DNA of 64,000 bases from assembly GCA_905331295.1 (NCBI GenBank), contig CAJNYD010000023.1:62001-126000 (forward strand), read 5' to 3'. How positions within the stretch are numbered: the first letter of the stretch is position 1; every line of letters starts with the position of its first letter. The stretch is from Rotaria socialis (Eukaryota). The notes under the pieces were generated by a model. It saw only the letters and a program-made list of their open reading frames with translations. It did no database searches and had not been told where the DNA came from. The position numbers and the translations under genes were made by a program. Positions 10,821-37,849 of the stretch are shown here, one piece after another.

Positions 10821-13180
10821 CTAGCTTTTTAATAAAAATTTTGTGATCATTTCTTCAATATCGTTTGATTTAGCTTTCATATTAGCAAGTTCATTTTGAA
10901 ATTGTACAGTTAAATTGTCATCATCTGAAAATGATAATGTAGATTTATGTTTTATCATCGATCTAACATTTATTTCAGCCATAGATGTTTTCATTGTTGG
11001 TTGTAATGAATGTTCTGATTCTGTTTGATTGTCATGTGAATTTTGTATTGAAAAATTTGACTCTACCATTATTTCTTCTATGGTTCGTTGATGAATGGGT
11101 TCAAAAGTTTCTACACTAGATTCATAGTCATTCTCTAGTGTATTACTTCTACTGGATAGAGTTTGATCAGTATGACTATCTAAAGAAGTCTCAGTAGAAT
11201 AAAGTGAATAAGTAGATATGCCGACATTTTTATTTAAATCATATGATGATGATTCAAGATTAGCTTTGATTTCATTTTGAAATAATTTATCTTCATTGAT
11301 TTGATCAATTTTATACTAACAGAAAAATAGATAAAAAATAGTTTTATTCTATGATAAAAGTTTGACTAACTAAGCGTTTAATGAGATAAACTATGTACGA
11401 CAAATTATCAATCTTAGAATAGATTAATAAGAGTTCATTGAATTTAATATAATCACGATATTTTAACTTCAAATAGGAACATTTATCGATTTTATCAATT
11501 ATATGTGATTTCAAATAATGTCGTATATGATAACGACAGAGATGTTTCAGTGAAAATACATTACAACGTGCATAATGTAAACAAGTATGAATGAATGTAA
11601 CATAATTCGTATGTAAATTATAATTATCTATATACGTATGGCACTAAAATATTAAATTAAAATTATCAAAAACTTTACACAAAAATCATAGTTTTTATAT
11701 TCACTAATTCATCATCATTGTCGATTGTTAACTTACACATGGGTACAATATTTCGTAACAATGTCATATTTGTTGCTAATACATAAAAAATTAATGCAAA
11801 AAACAATGAGCGGTACGTTGATGGGGAAATATTTTGAATTAATAATACATGTGAGTCATGAGCGATACATTCAATTAGTGCATTTAAAACATTAACATTG
11901 TGTGTATTAGATAAAGCAATTATTGCGGATTGCCATGAATGAAGTTCGAGAAGTTGTTCAACAAGCAAACGATGATCTTGTTCAGTGCCAATAACGATTG
12001 AGTGTAGACGATGAAATAAAGCATTTGTTTTCATTGGTATTCTAAGATTGGTAAATTTATTATATACATGTAACAAGAGATTTTCACTCATTTTATCATT
12101 TTTTGTAATATGAAAATTATATGACAGCTGATCGAACGGACAACGATCGATGATAAGGTAAATTATTTTGAAAATTTGTTCAAGACTATCTGTGTATTGA
12201 TTATATTCTAGGGAAATATCAGATAAATTGAGAATATGTTCACATAAATAGCCAAGTGGACCATATCCTATAAAAGTGAACGTACAATGAATTAATCCAA
12301 TGAAGATGACTTTTTCAAAATAGAAGTATAGTTTTTTACTATTGACCTTCTTTATCTTTTATGCAGACATTAACGGTTGGTAATGAAATCAAATATTCAA
12401 CAAGATCATAATTTTCTTTTCTAATAGCACAATGTAAACTGGTTTGATGATTACTATCTTGTAGACTAAAACCATAGTTATGAAGCTTGTTTATTTTGAA
12501 TTTATTTTTCATAATTCTTACTTAGGTAAAGCTTCGTGATCAATCAAAAGTTTTGCTATATCAACATCATTCTTATTTTTTGTGCCATATAGCGCTATAT
12601 AATGGAGAGCAGTTCGACTCGATTGATCCCCTAAATTTGTATCTATACCAATCTCAAGTATTATTCGAATATCTTCTATGTTTCCGTTCATGACAGCATA
12701 GTGAAGTATAGTCTGATTAAAAGATCCGTTTTTAATGTTAATATTTAATTCGACTTGTGATAACCGATACAAATCTTCAATAGAAGTATAAAGACCAGCT
12801 ATAGTTAAATACCATAAGAGCGTATTTTGCTGTTTATCAAATTTATTGATTTCTTCAGCAAATGTTCTTTTATGTATCATTTTGAAGTCATGCAATGCAT
12901 AACGAAAGGATGCAGCACCTGACATTAGTGCTGACCGTAATAGCATTGCCATATTTGTATTAATAAAAGAAGAATGATCTAGTATTTGTTGAGCCATGTG
13001 TTCTCGGGATGAGTATTGCTGAGAAAATTTGAATTTATGTGCAGACAACTTCGACGTATTATTTATCGCAGAGTCTTCTGAGACTTTCATATCAAGCATG
13101 TGACGTACAACATTCTCTGAAATATGATCTAGTGTTATTAATCCATTATTAACTAATTGATTTATACTGAAGGAATGCAT
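10821..13180 (-). CDS. ankyrin-repeat protein, multi-exon; start uncertain, 3' end possibly decayed
   Basis: TILHYAVMNGN, TALHYIALYG and (next exon) TSLHCAIRKEN ankyrin motifs. Exons join in frame through 12091-11675 and a Ser/Glu-rich exon 11315-10821. Confidence 0.65.
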
Positions 13181-14144
13181 TTTCTAACTACGAATAAAAA
13201 ATCAATATTTAGCGCTTCGTACTTTTAATATCTTTTTTTTTATCTCTATTATGAAAACTGTCTTGAACTGTAATTATTCAAGCGAGCTGAAGATGACGTT
13301 AAAATTCATATATGATTCATTTATTACAAGTCTACTTTATGCTTACTTAGTGAAAGGTTATTAGTGTAATTTTCAGATACTACAATTTATCATGTTAAGA
13401 TGAATGAAAGAGTAGTTAATGAAAATTTCTTAACGTCTACATTAACACCAAATGTAAATATAAAGTGATAGAAAAAGACTTTCTTATAGCATCATTATTT
13501 GCTCCACATTTATTTGTTCACCGGACATGATTGTATTCACGAAATATTTTTAATTCTATCTATTAAGCATTACAATAATGAAAAGCAATGTGCATATGTT
13601 ATTCTGTATATATGTTTCAAGAATGTAATACATTTCTACATCTCTTCATCGAAACAAAACGCATAAGACAAAAAAAAATGTTGTATGTCTATGATTATGT
13701 TTATTCATTTTCTTCATCTTCATCAACTTCTTTTAGATGAATAAATTGTTTTTCATTATCAATAATAATGAGAAGAAAAAAAATGCAAAAAAAAATTCGT
13801 AAACACATCAGATCTGCCCATCACGAAAAAATTAAAATACTTAAAGTTCTTTCCAAAAATATCTGGAAAAATGGCAACAATAGTGAACAAAAAGAATAGT
13901 AAAACAGGAACATCTAAAGGCATAGGATAGAAAAGGATCGTAGCTGAAAACAAGTAAAATTAACGGAAAATGGACTTTCAAGTGAAGATTCTATAGAAAA
14001 GAAGTCTTTAAGTTGTCGCCGTCTTTCCCAGAAAAGCTCTATCAAGAGCTGAATGATAGTAATAGGGCTCTTTGTCAGGAATTGTGATTGATAGAAATGT
14101 TGATCAAATGCTCGTGATGTGTATTTACGATGATACTGTGCTAG

Positions 14145-15801
<1,657 letters not shown>

Positions 15802-18185
15802 TTAATCAGTAGTGTTTTGAAAAAGTTAACTAACGTGAATGTAAAAAGTAAATGAAAATTTCGATTGCTTATTGTATTTATACCGAACTGCCTTACACCA
15901 GATTTACGCAACTTTCTAAAAATGATGAAACATTTCGAAAGAAGGAAGAATACATGATTGGTGGAGAATTGTGAAACCATGTGGACGCTATGGCTCATGA
16001 AACAAACAGAAAGTAAACAGCAGTCACTGAATAATGGCGGCATTGTTGCTTTTGTGAAGGCTAAAAGATTACCGATAGATCCTATCTCAAATCTGACTTG
16101 CTAAAATATCATGAATCAAAAGAAAAGAAATATGTGAATAACAATATTTGGAGGAATCTTCCTGAGTGTTATTTTTTCGAATCAAATATTATATTTGTTT
16201 AATTACATTTTTCCGGATAACTATCCAAATGTAGAATGTTTTATTTTATCTGCTTCGATTTGAAATGATTCATATTCTGTAGCAAAACAAAATGGTGTTT
16301 CTTAAATATAACTATAATATAAGATATGAATCTTCCAATTAAAATTTGAATTTTACTCTGGTAAGCAGACCTTATTCATGTTTGTACTTTGTAATGAATT
16401 ATCTTTCGATATTACGGTATCTATTTAGTTCCCTGTAGAAAATTCCATTTGATAAGAAAAAATCGTCCTGTTCCGACTGTACAATATGTTTTCAAAATGA
16501 ATTTTTCGTACGAAATAGAACGATGGTAATTTATAATAATCAGCAGTCTTCATAGTCGGGAAAAAACGATGATCATCATCGATTTATCATTTAACCACTT
16601 TCTCTTGTTGTTGTCATAACTGGCTAACTATATGTAAAAACATGATTCTTCATCTTGCGTGTAATAGCTATTCAAATAACAGAAGTTCAATTGATAGAAT
16701 TTAATGGATCAACGATGAATAATCCCGGTCAGACAGTTCACATTTCTGAACGTCTAATCATCGATTATTTTGTGTTCAAAGTTTAGGTATCATTTTTTCA
16801 TACAAGAATAGACTACGCAGTCAATAGCAATTGTAAGTCCATAACGAAACATCTCTTACAGCTGAGAATTTTATTTTTCTGGACTTAAACAGTATTTTTC
16901 GTATTTTCGATCACTATCTAATCCTCTTATATCAATAAACGTTTATCATTTACTTCCTCGCTTCTAATCGATGCACAAAAAACTACTGTGAACTCTTTTC
17001 TTTTCTTTTCTTTTATATCTTCTCGTATCAAGAAACGAAATAAACATCCTAACGGTATCTTACACGATATAAAAGATTCACTTTACTATTGACTAAAATT
17101 AAAGGTATGATTCATACGAATGTGAGTTAGATAAGAACTCGAGAATTCGGCTTACGTATGCGTGTATTTGAATCACTGATAGATAAACATTCATTCAAAT
17201 TAGATTTATTCAGGTAGATGCAAAAATATAGATTTTCGTAAAATACTTTGGCATTATATATTTCACTAGAGCTTGTTCAACTCTTCATACATAACCAATA
17301 AAGAAAAGATAAACAGTACGAAGAATGACCTCTAGTTACTTGAAAACTGATTAATAAGGAAGCTAATATTCTGAATTTTCTTTATTCTTCATTTTAATAC
17401 TATAGCATAACATTTTCGATCAACAAGTTTTGTTCAGTATGCGACAACCTGCAAAATTTTCACTAGGATCCACAGGACCAATATGTTACAGTAAAATGTT
17501 TTGATAACTACAAGTAAATACAATTACATCTATTTATTTCGAATCGTCCATGATACTGAATTTGGAATCTATAATTGAAACTATAATGAAATATCTCAAT
17601 CACATATGTTTCACTAATACGACAACTAATACTACTTGAACTACGTCTAAGTCTGATCAATAGTTTCCATTATTTGATTGTATTATTTCTCTTAAATAAA
17701 CTACTCGTTATCATTGAAACAAAATTTTTCTAAGGATCTACATATACAATAATAATGATATATATTTCGCTTTGTTTTCGTTGTTATGAATCTTTGCTGT
17801 GGTCTTTGTTTGCATGCGAACACAAAAACCAACATTAGTTTTAATAAGCGCACACATGCTGTACAAAATAAATATCATCCTTTCCGGGCATCTTTTTTTC
17901 TATTTGTGTTTTCTCCTCACAAAAACATAACTTAACATAACAATGAACAATAAGAGAATAACAAAAAAGAAACAACTACTTAACCGACTGCTAGATGACA
18001 AGAAAATCACATAATTGAATAGTTATTTTTCCTCTTTCGATTGATGTGTTTTTCCAAAAAAGAAGATACACACACAGAGAGTCAAAAAAAGAAAAAAGAC
18101 TAGGAACAAGAAAAGTAGTTGAACAATAGTATTTGTTTTTTATGAGATATAGACGGAAAGAAAGTTTAGATGGTAAGTAGATTGC

Positions 18186-20347
<2,162 letters not shown>

Positions 20348-22260
20348 TCACTGATGGATGGTTTGAATCGATATAAGTAAAGTGATCTAGAAGATAAACG
20401 AGATAAAAATTTCGAGGGACTATAGTCAATAGAGTATAATAATAGTTATAAATATTGCTTGTAGTAAATGGTTACGAAATAAACTCAGAGATAGAAAAAA
20501 TCTAACTAACATTAGAACAAGATAAATACGCGTTCGGTGAAAAAAATGCTAAACAATCGCCTAGATTCATCATTTGTTGATAAAAATAGAGTGGAAAAAA
20601 TTTTTGAAAAAAGAAATATATTCGAAAGAAATAGTAAAATAGAAACCGTGAAAGAAGCTTCTAAAGTTAACTCTTCATATAATCAGATATTTCTTGCACA
20701 TAGCTCGCTCTCAGTCTGTGCATATGCAAAGCATTACATCGTCCACAGTTTAACTAGTTGAGCTCGTTTTTTGACCTTCTCGAACAATCTTCTTTCTTCG
20801 GCAGAATAAGGATAAAGACAACATCTTAGGCCTTCCTGTAGAGGTTCGTATTGATGAAGATGATAATCAAAATTATGCTGAATTTCTATGTGAAAATCAT
20901 TAAATTTAGTAGAAAATTGTTTTATGAAAAGAAAATCGATAAGAATTTTCAAAACATTTTCTTTCATAAAATGTATCTCAAATAAGTGACAGTAGCGCTA
21001 CTTACAGAAACGTTCAAAGAACACGACGTATGACTCATCATGGATAAGAAATTACGTATCAACTAACTAGCCAACCTCAATGTCGATAGATTTAATTTAT
21101 ATATATATTATGATATATGAAGTGACCTATTTTAGTTTTGATTTCAAATAAATATTGAAATCAACAAGATATATGTAAAAGAGATACTATCAGTGTTGTA
21201 GTTCACCGTTTAATGAAAATCAGAAATAGAATATATCAGTACATTATGTTTTTTTAAGCATCATGTAACCGTACACTTTATTTCGTAGATGAAAGTGCAC
21301 AAAATATACAAAAGCAAGAAGCTAAAAAGTTAATTTCTAGGGATACAAGAAAGCTTGTAAAAAAATGACTTTTATTTAATTTCTCAAGTTGAAGTGCACA
21401 CGAAAATTCTTGCTGAAGAAACCATATAAAATGGAAATTTATCTTTCATTAAAAGCAGTGTTCTACAATCCAACATGTTAAAAAGGATGAAAACTATTTT
21501 AACTTCAGAGTTTTATCCTATTAAAGTATAGATTAGGCGCAACTCAGATCTCATATAGAACAATGATGTCTATTCATATATACATTACTAATGATCAAAG
21601 CTTGTTTCATCTTATGTTTACACTAATATAAACACGATAATGTATGTTTAACACAACAGTTAAAGCACTTGTTTATAAATAACATGCTTCTTCTTGCTAC
21701 GTAATAATCATCGTCAAATCAATTATAAGCACAAATCGTTTTATTTATCCAAAATTCTTATCTTCATTTCCAAAAACAATAAAGAAAAGTAATTAACATA
21801 ACATAGACATCTAAGAATAACACATCAAACAAAAAGTGAATAACATTGCACAGACTGTAATAAACAAATAAAGGAATGTCAATGAATGGCTTAAACATAT
21901 TAAATATAGCCAAGGCAAAATATACACACACACACACACTGTGCAATATTGTATTTAGCATCTGACGAGAAATTATTTGAGGTATTGGTTTTGCTTTTGT
22001 TTATATTGATATTTTTAATCATCATTATCGATATATACAAAAAGAGAATCCAGAAAAAGAAAAAAAGAATGAGAAAAAAAACAAAAATTCATTACACAAA
22101 TTCAGATTCGAAGAAAAGTTAGATCAAATACATTTGATTGCATACACAGTAAACGTAGGTGATGATGTTAAACATAAAGCGAAAAAATATATAAGAGTTC
22201 ACATCAAAAATAGAGAGACAAAGTACAAAGGAAACACGTTTTTGGTAGCTTTTGTTTTTT

Positions 22261-30916
<8,656 letters not shown>

Positions 30917-33473
30917 AGTATTTTCAATGTAGATGATTGGAATCTAACAACAATACGAAGAAGAAGAAAAAATTGAGAACCTTGATCTGTCATATTCAAC
31001 AAGAGGTTAAATGTGTTCTCCTCGTAGAACTAATAATTAACTTACATGATGTCATGTCGTTGTTAGAATCGCCGTTAATGTCACTAGTTAACATCTAAAA
31101 TGTCGATGGATTATGTGAAGATTTTTTTTCTTAAATTAAAAAGTAAACACAAAGGTTATATTATATGCGAAGCAAAGAGAAAAGAAAAGAAACTCTATCA
31201 ATATTGAGTAATGCAAATGTTGTACGAAATGAATGAATCAAGTGTGAATTTGCATTGATAGATTCTTTATCCTTGACATCATCGAGTGCCAACAATATCA
31301 CTACGACGTGACCACCGAATGTGCATATGCTTATGAAGCAAAAAGAAAAGAGAGGTGTAACATGTATGGTTACAATTACAGATAAAAGAAAATGTTGACT
31401 AAAGATGATATTGCACGAGGTGGATGGAGTTGCTTGTGGCTATTGAACATGGGGAAGATAATAATGCAAAATATATCTCTTATAAATAATCTCAAGCATT
31501 TGATATTGGTATACTAGCAGAGAGCAAAGCAAAAAAAGAATGTTGATGCTCAATTTTTTTACAAGTCCTTTCTTTTCTCTGTCCTTCTTTGTCTATTTCT
31601 TTCATACAGAAATCATCATCGCAGTACATCGACAGACGGATGATAAGGGCCTGAAAATCGAGCTTCAAGCAGCTGCTTTCCTTTGAAATCGGACCATTCA
31701 TCTTGAAAAAGATGCATATAACTAAACAGTCTCTCTCTCTCTCTCTTCTTTTTGTACGACATCGTTGTTGGCAGCAACGTTAGTAGTCGATGCTGCCCGG
31801 CACATAGACAAGTGTAATCATGTTAACACATCAGCACTTACTCTCTTTCGTTTGCAATTGCACACGCAACAACTCTTGATGATGTCTACTTTTTCTTGTC
31901 GTGCGTGAATTTTGCTGTCTTCTCAAGAGAGCGTCAACGAGGAAAACAAAGGATGCACTTATAACGTCAATATAACGAACCTCAACAAAAAAAAAACATA
32001 TTAAAGAAAGAGACAGACTACGCGAAAGAACGAAAGAAAGTTTCTTTTCATCAATTTATCTCTTTTTTTATAATTTCTCGGACAGAACAAATATGAACGT
32101 ATTCGTTTTCATTTTTGCTTCATCTTAAATGTCAAATTGATCAATGTTCTTACTTAAAACTAGGAAAGAAGAAGAAGAAGAAATTTGATTTAGTAACAGA
32201 CCAGTCTGTCTGTTTCGTTTTTAACATGTATATATGTATATATATATATATACATATGTACATGTGTGTGTGCCTATTGAGTTGTCGTTCAATCGCCAAA
32301 ACAAACAGGAGGGATTTACGATCGATAAGCATCGAAAAAAAGCGAATGAGGAATACCCGAAAAAGGGAGATTAGAGTTTATGTTATGCTTTCTTTTTTTT
32401 TCGTATTGGACACACAAAGAAAGAAACATAGTGAATCTAAAGAGAAGAGAAAGCATAGTACGCTATAAGCGAATCACTATCAAATTCACAATGTGTGGCG
32501 CCATCTCAAACGTCTCTAGCGACTGAATGTACATAGAAGATTAATCGATGAAGAAAATCATTCTACAATTACTTGTGCTTCTATTTTATTCTGAAAAAGT
32601 TTTTAAACAGAGAGATAATCGACATACTATGACGAATCCAAGCATAGGCTGTCGAGCCTAGCTGAATCATTGTAAAAGTAGTAAATAAATACAAATACAT
32701 TGATCACTTATTTATTTATTTTATTGTGATTCAGATTGATTAAAATGATTGGCTTGTCTAGCTTAGCTAATGAAAATTTAAGCCACTTTGACATTGAGAG
32801 ATGGCGTACATTTCTATATCGATCAGAACCGTCAAATAAAAGAATCGGTTAAAATACTGTTGCATATTCTGAAAAAAAGGAGACGTAATAATAATGAGAG
32901 TAAACTATATAGATATAATACAGACAGAAAAAAGAATGCCTTATTTAATACTCATCTATGATATGTTTTGGCGTCAATGAATACTATTCACTGAGTGACC
33001 GAATAAAGTTCTTGCAAATAAACGGACCATATCGAAAACATTACATCAATGCAGACAAATGTACAAAGGTCGCGCGATCGGGGGCATATTGGGAGATTTA
33101 ACCGCCACCCCTCAATTTTTGGAAACTTGAAAAATTTCTGCTTAGTTGAGAAGACGAAAAATAAATACAAAGTATGAGCGTATGATGAAGCTTTTCTTTT
33201 TCAAGCACGGTAACTTGAAACATAAATTTAATCCTCCTCCCTCAATTCAAACAGTCGTGTCACCCCTGCAAATGCGTAAATATCAATAGAAAAAGCATTG
33301 AGCCTTGGAGTTGTGTTCTAGATTTGCTATAGCTCATTCATGTATTTACGACGTGCCTATTCTATTCTAGTTATATATAAATGTTGATAACTCAGCCAAA
33401 TCAGCAGGATGAGAGATACTGTAAAGAATGTAGCAATGAAGAATATTTGCCAAGGCTTAAGATTGCGCTATCC

Positions 33474-33690
33474 ACCCAGGTCGAAAAATCCAGTGACCCG
33501 GAATCGATCTGGATTTCATCGAGTTTGGTCGGAATTCGACTAGAAATGATCGAATTCGGTGAAAACTTAGTCGAATCCAGTCGGATTTTATATCAGAATC
33601 CGGGTCACTGAATTTCCAGTTACTTCCGATAGAATTCTGTCAGTATTAAGACGACCCGATAGGATCTGATTGCTCATCTTCGTCCTGGGA
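33474..33690. mobile_element. MITE of the ACCCAGG family (related fragment continues to ~33815)
   Basis: acccaggtcga ... tcgtcctggga inverted ends. Same subrepeats as 5422-5886. Confidence 0.6.
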
Positions 33691-36422
33691 ATACAATATG
33701 AATTTTGCATCGGATCCGTTAGTAGTTGCTAAACCCGGAATCCTATTGGATTTCGTCGGCTTATTGAATCCTGTAAGATCCGATCGGATTCGGTATTAGA
33801 TTCATTCATCTGGTTATTAGTATAAGACTGATTCCAATAAATGGTTGTGTCATGTAAAGTAAATTGATCGAATAATTAGGGCAAATGTAGCTGCATCATG
33901 TCGATCTACAGGGATAACAAAAACTCACAAATATCTACATAAAGACCTTCTGATTATAATTTTGTTTAGCCAAAGAACTCTTGTAGATTTCTATCACAAA
34001 ATTCATAGCACCTAGATATTATAGTTGGAGAAAAAATGAAATATTCTAACCACAATCCCATGCATAGTTTTTTCACTTAACAGATTGTTACATGATCTAC
34101 TGTATTGATATTCTGTGTGGTGAATTTTTGTGAAAGCTCAGTCCTTGAAAGTGATATACGTCATAAATTCAAAGTTTGTTTTAATGTAAGTCAACTCCGT
34201 GAAAAAACCAATGTCACGTAATGAATGACTAAACCTGGCCTCCGATTGCACTTGTTTAAAAATATAGGAATCCTTAGAGGATCAAGGTTGTCAAAAATAT
34301 AGGATTTTCGACAAAAAATGACAAAAATATACGATGTTTTATACATAGTTTCTGTTGAATTATTTTGCTGTTTTTAACTGTCCTGCTCGAAAATCGTTTT
34401 AATGAAGCTGTTGTAAACAGTTCAACCGTAGCTAAGATCCTTATGTATTTTTTTCTACCGAAATAAGTCGCTAATTCGAGGATCATTATAAAAGTTTTTC
34501 ACAAATCGATAAATAACAGTAAAGTAGATCATAAGCTTTGAAAAAACAAATACATGAAAAAGACAAATACTATTCTCATAAATTAAAGGAGACGTTTCAC
34601 ATTACGGACATGACTTCCCAAAGAATTTCAACCTAATTTTATTGTCCTGATAATCAGCATTTATTGCTTATTATTTTCCACAAGTTTATTTTGTATTTTA
34701 TCATAAATCAATTTTTTCTGGTAATAAATAAGTGTAAATGAAAATGCATACACACAGAATGGTGTAAAATTTCACGAGCTTTCAGAAGATGTCATTACTT
34801 TTAAAAAATATGTTCTTTTGGTAACAGTATCTTCAAAATGCAGAGTGAAACTTATTTTTTCCAGGAGTATATATATACAGCTTTTATATCTAACTAAAAC
34901 CTCACTAAAAACCCGAAACTAGTACATGCTCATTTTGTGAATGTTTTTTTTCTTTTGAACCATTTTGTATTTTGTACTTAGTATTAAACAATTTCTCAAT
35001 CAGCCCACTAAATAGGCGAAAGGGAAAATACTTTTTAAAACAAATGTCACTATCATACAAGAAATTTTCCAAAACACATGATTATACACATTAAAAGTTT
35101 TTTTTGTCTAAAGGCAATAGCAAAATTACGAGGTTTTTGGAAATTTTCTACTTTCTTCGATAAAATATAGGAAAAATAGGAATTTTAATTAAAATATAGG
35201 ACAAAAATAGGACGTTTTTGAAAATAGAGGAAATAGGAAATATAGGTCGAATCGCCGCCCAGGACAAAACTTACATGCCCTACGATGCTGCTTCGGTTTG
35301 TTGGATCATTTTGTACAAGCTCTCCTAATTAATAATTGCAGTACATGTTTTTGTGCTATCTTTCAGTTGAATGAACTTGTAATAAGCTTACTAATTGATG
35401 AAATCAATTGTTTTTCTTCCAGTCGTTGAAATCAAGTAACGCTAATCATGTATCTTCAATTATTAATTATAAAGAGAAGATACAGAAAAATAAGTAATAG
35501 TAATTATCAGAACGATTGCATAGAGAAATGCTGTTTATTAGAAAAAACTCGCTTTCATACTAGTCATTAGTTTAATTCACGTATATTTTGTTGGAATGAT
35601 TTATATTTTTGATATATTACTTAGCAGATAGATATAGTAATGCACGCCACCTTTCTACCTTTCTTTTGTCGAAGCATAGTTTTATTTTCATTGAAATATA
35701 AATTTCCATAAAAATATTTTCCTTTTCCTCGTATTCTTGCGATCAATAGAATAGAGACGTTGTTGATCCAAATAAGTACTGACACGATGAATGTTCGAAT
35801 GAATTTAAAAAGAAAATGCAAGTAGACATAAGTACTACTTCTATTGACTATACTCTCGAAAGAATATTTCCTGATTTCATCTACTTATTATAGGGGAATT
35901 TATTTTGGATGAAACCGAGCTGTTTCCGAGAGAAGTGTATCATCGAAAGAAAACAAAGGATCGAGTAAAGCTAAAAGCAATTCCGAATAATAAAAAGAGA
36001 CAAAACCAACGGATATTCCGGCAGCATCCTATCTAGCAAAAGTAGTTCTAAAATCAAATTGTATTTTCTCGTAGATTGACTTGTGGACGGATTGAAGCAA
36101 AAAAAAACTTAATCTAAATAGTTAAGTAGCATTTCTTTGTTTGGATTCTTGTCCTTGGAAACACATAATGATAAATAGATAAAACGAATAAGACCAGAAA
36201 GAAAGAAAGAAAGAAAGAAAGAAAAAATATATATGTAACATACAGTGGACGTTATCATACACTAAATTAAAGAAAAAAAAATAAGTATCGGCGTGCAAAA
36301 ACTAAAGCAACGAGAAATGCAATTCGAGAATTAAAATATGTGTTGTGTGATATAGTATTTTTGGAAGACCCATTGTAAAAAGAATTCTAGAATTTTTTGA
36401 AAGAGCAACATCGATGATATAT

Positions 36423-37849
36423 TCACGCAGACGTCAATTCATAATATGTGCCTGTGTTAGGATCATAAAAGCATTTAAGTATTTCATCGAAACATAATTG
36501 AACTTGTTCGCCATCACTAGTAGATGGTACCGGTTCAGTATCATCAAATGAACTTTGCTTTTTCATGGTCATTGTCGAATTCAACCTAAATGTGAAAGTC
36601 TTTTCACAAACAGTACCACCTCCAATCGTATTGTTATTTTCAGTAACAATTGATGCCATCAATGGTGGTATTTGTGCATTAGCACTTGAAAGCATTTCAT
36701 AACGATAATTTACTGAAAATCGTGAGCGTGCTGCTAGATCTTCGTCTGGTTTTAGCGTTCGTGGTGAAAGTTTAAATGTTGTTGTATCAAAAGAATTTTT
36801 CGCAACATATTCATATTTTGTTGGATCAAAAGCTTTTTGTTGATACCGTGGAGAAGCTCCATTATCGGATCTATTTGGAATCCATTCGTCCAATGATTGT
36901 ATATTAGCAAGTATAGCAGCTATTTGTTTTGAATCAGCTATTTCAGCTTGATCAAAACCATGAAATGGATCGTTGATGGAGGAGTCTGAGGAAGGAAATG
37001 CTTTAAATTAAAAAGAAAGTAATAGAAACTTTTCAATAATGAATATGAAGATATCTCACTTGTAATATTATTTGTGAAATATTGAATTTCATCATTAGTT
37101 TTCTTGTCTTGTTGACGAGCGTGATTTGAAATAATATCTGGCTTAATTGGTGAAGTATTTTGTAATTGTCTGGGTGATATTAATGGGGATGTTGATGTTG
37201 GCAAACGACGAAAAAGTAAAATAATACGTCGTTTTTGTACAGCTTTAGGAACTTTTGATCGTTCTTGTTCTTTAATTAAAGCATTTAATGAACTTTTTTG
37301 TTGCTCATCGCGTTTTAATAAATGATTTCTTGGTAATGGTGGAATATGATGACCATCATGTGAACGTGGTGTAAATGATTCATTGGCTGATGATGGTTTT
37401 TGTTGATTTATAATTGAACGTGGAGAGGTTTGAAATGAATTTTCATCCGGTGCTGATGAAACACGTTGACGTAAATGATTTTGTCGCAGATATTTCATAT
37501 TTTGTATCGATTGTCGCTGTAGTTCACGTGGTGGATTACTAAATGTATAGGTTTGTTTAGAGGTTCTACTTGTTGGACTTTCATTTGAAGCATTTGAGGA
37601 TGATAATGATTCAGATGGAAGGGATGGAGATGCATTTATGGGCGATGAAGTTTTTGATGAATTTATTGAATTAGTTGATAATGATGCACGTATGCGTGGC
37701 ACCGGTGGAGGAATAGCATTCTTTTGCGATTGAAATCGTGTATGGTCGTTTGTCATGGTTGGAAGAATAGTATTTGTTGATGATGTTCGAATATGTTGCC
37801 GTGTAAATGATCTTGAAGAATGGGTACTTCGATAAGCAGTTGTCGACAT
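36423..37849 (-). CDS. Ser/Pro-rich disordered protein with CFAP20DC (C3orf67)-like C-terminal motif, at least 2 exons
   Basis: The two ORFs join in frame across a short GT-AG intron (~37059-37001). C-terminus QLCFDEILKCFYDPNTGTYYEL resembles the L.YDP.LNCYFDP.TGKYYEL end of CFAP20DC (recalled, not searched). Confidence 0.7.

Noticed and set aside
20484..20575. C/D-box snoRNA upstream of eEF1A copy 2 (ATGATGA ... CTGA on minus strand)
   Set aside because: The terminal stem is only 3 bp, no rRNA-complementary guide is recognisable, and such boxes arise by chance in AT-rich DNA.
32115..32468. 117-aa ORF and similar low-complexity ORFs (37975-38353, 54414-54806)
   Set aside because: Built from microsatellites and A/T runs in UTR or promoter DNA.
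34140..35265. Additional transposon remnants (cagtaaagtaga end, aaatagga subrepeats)
   Set aside because: Probably real relics, but paired ends and TSDs could not be fixed, so no boundaries are reported.
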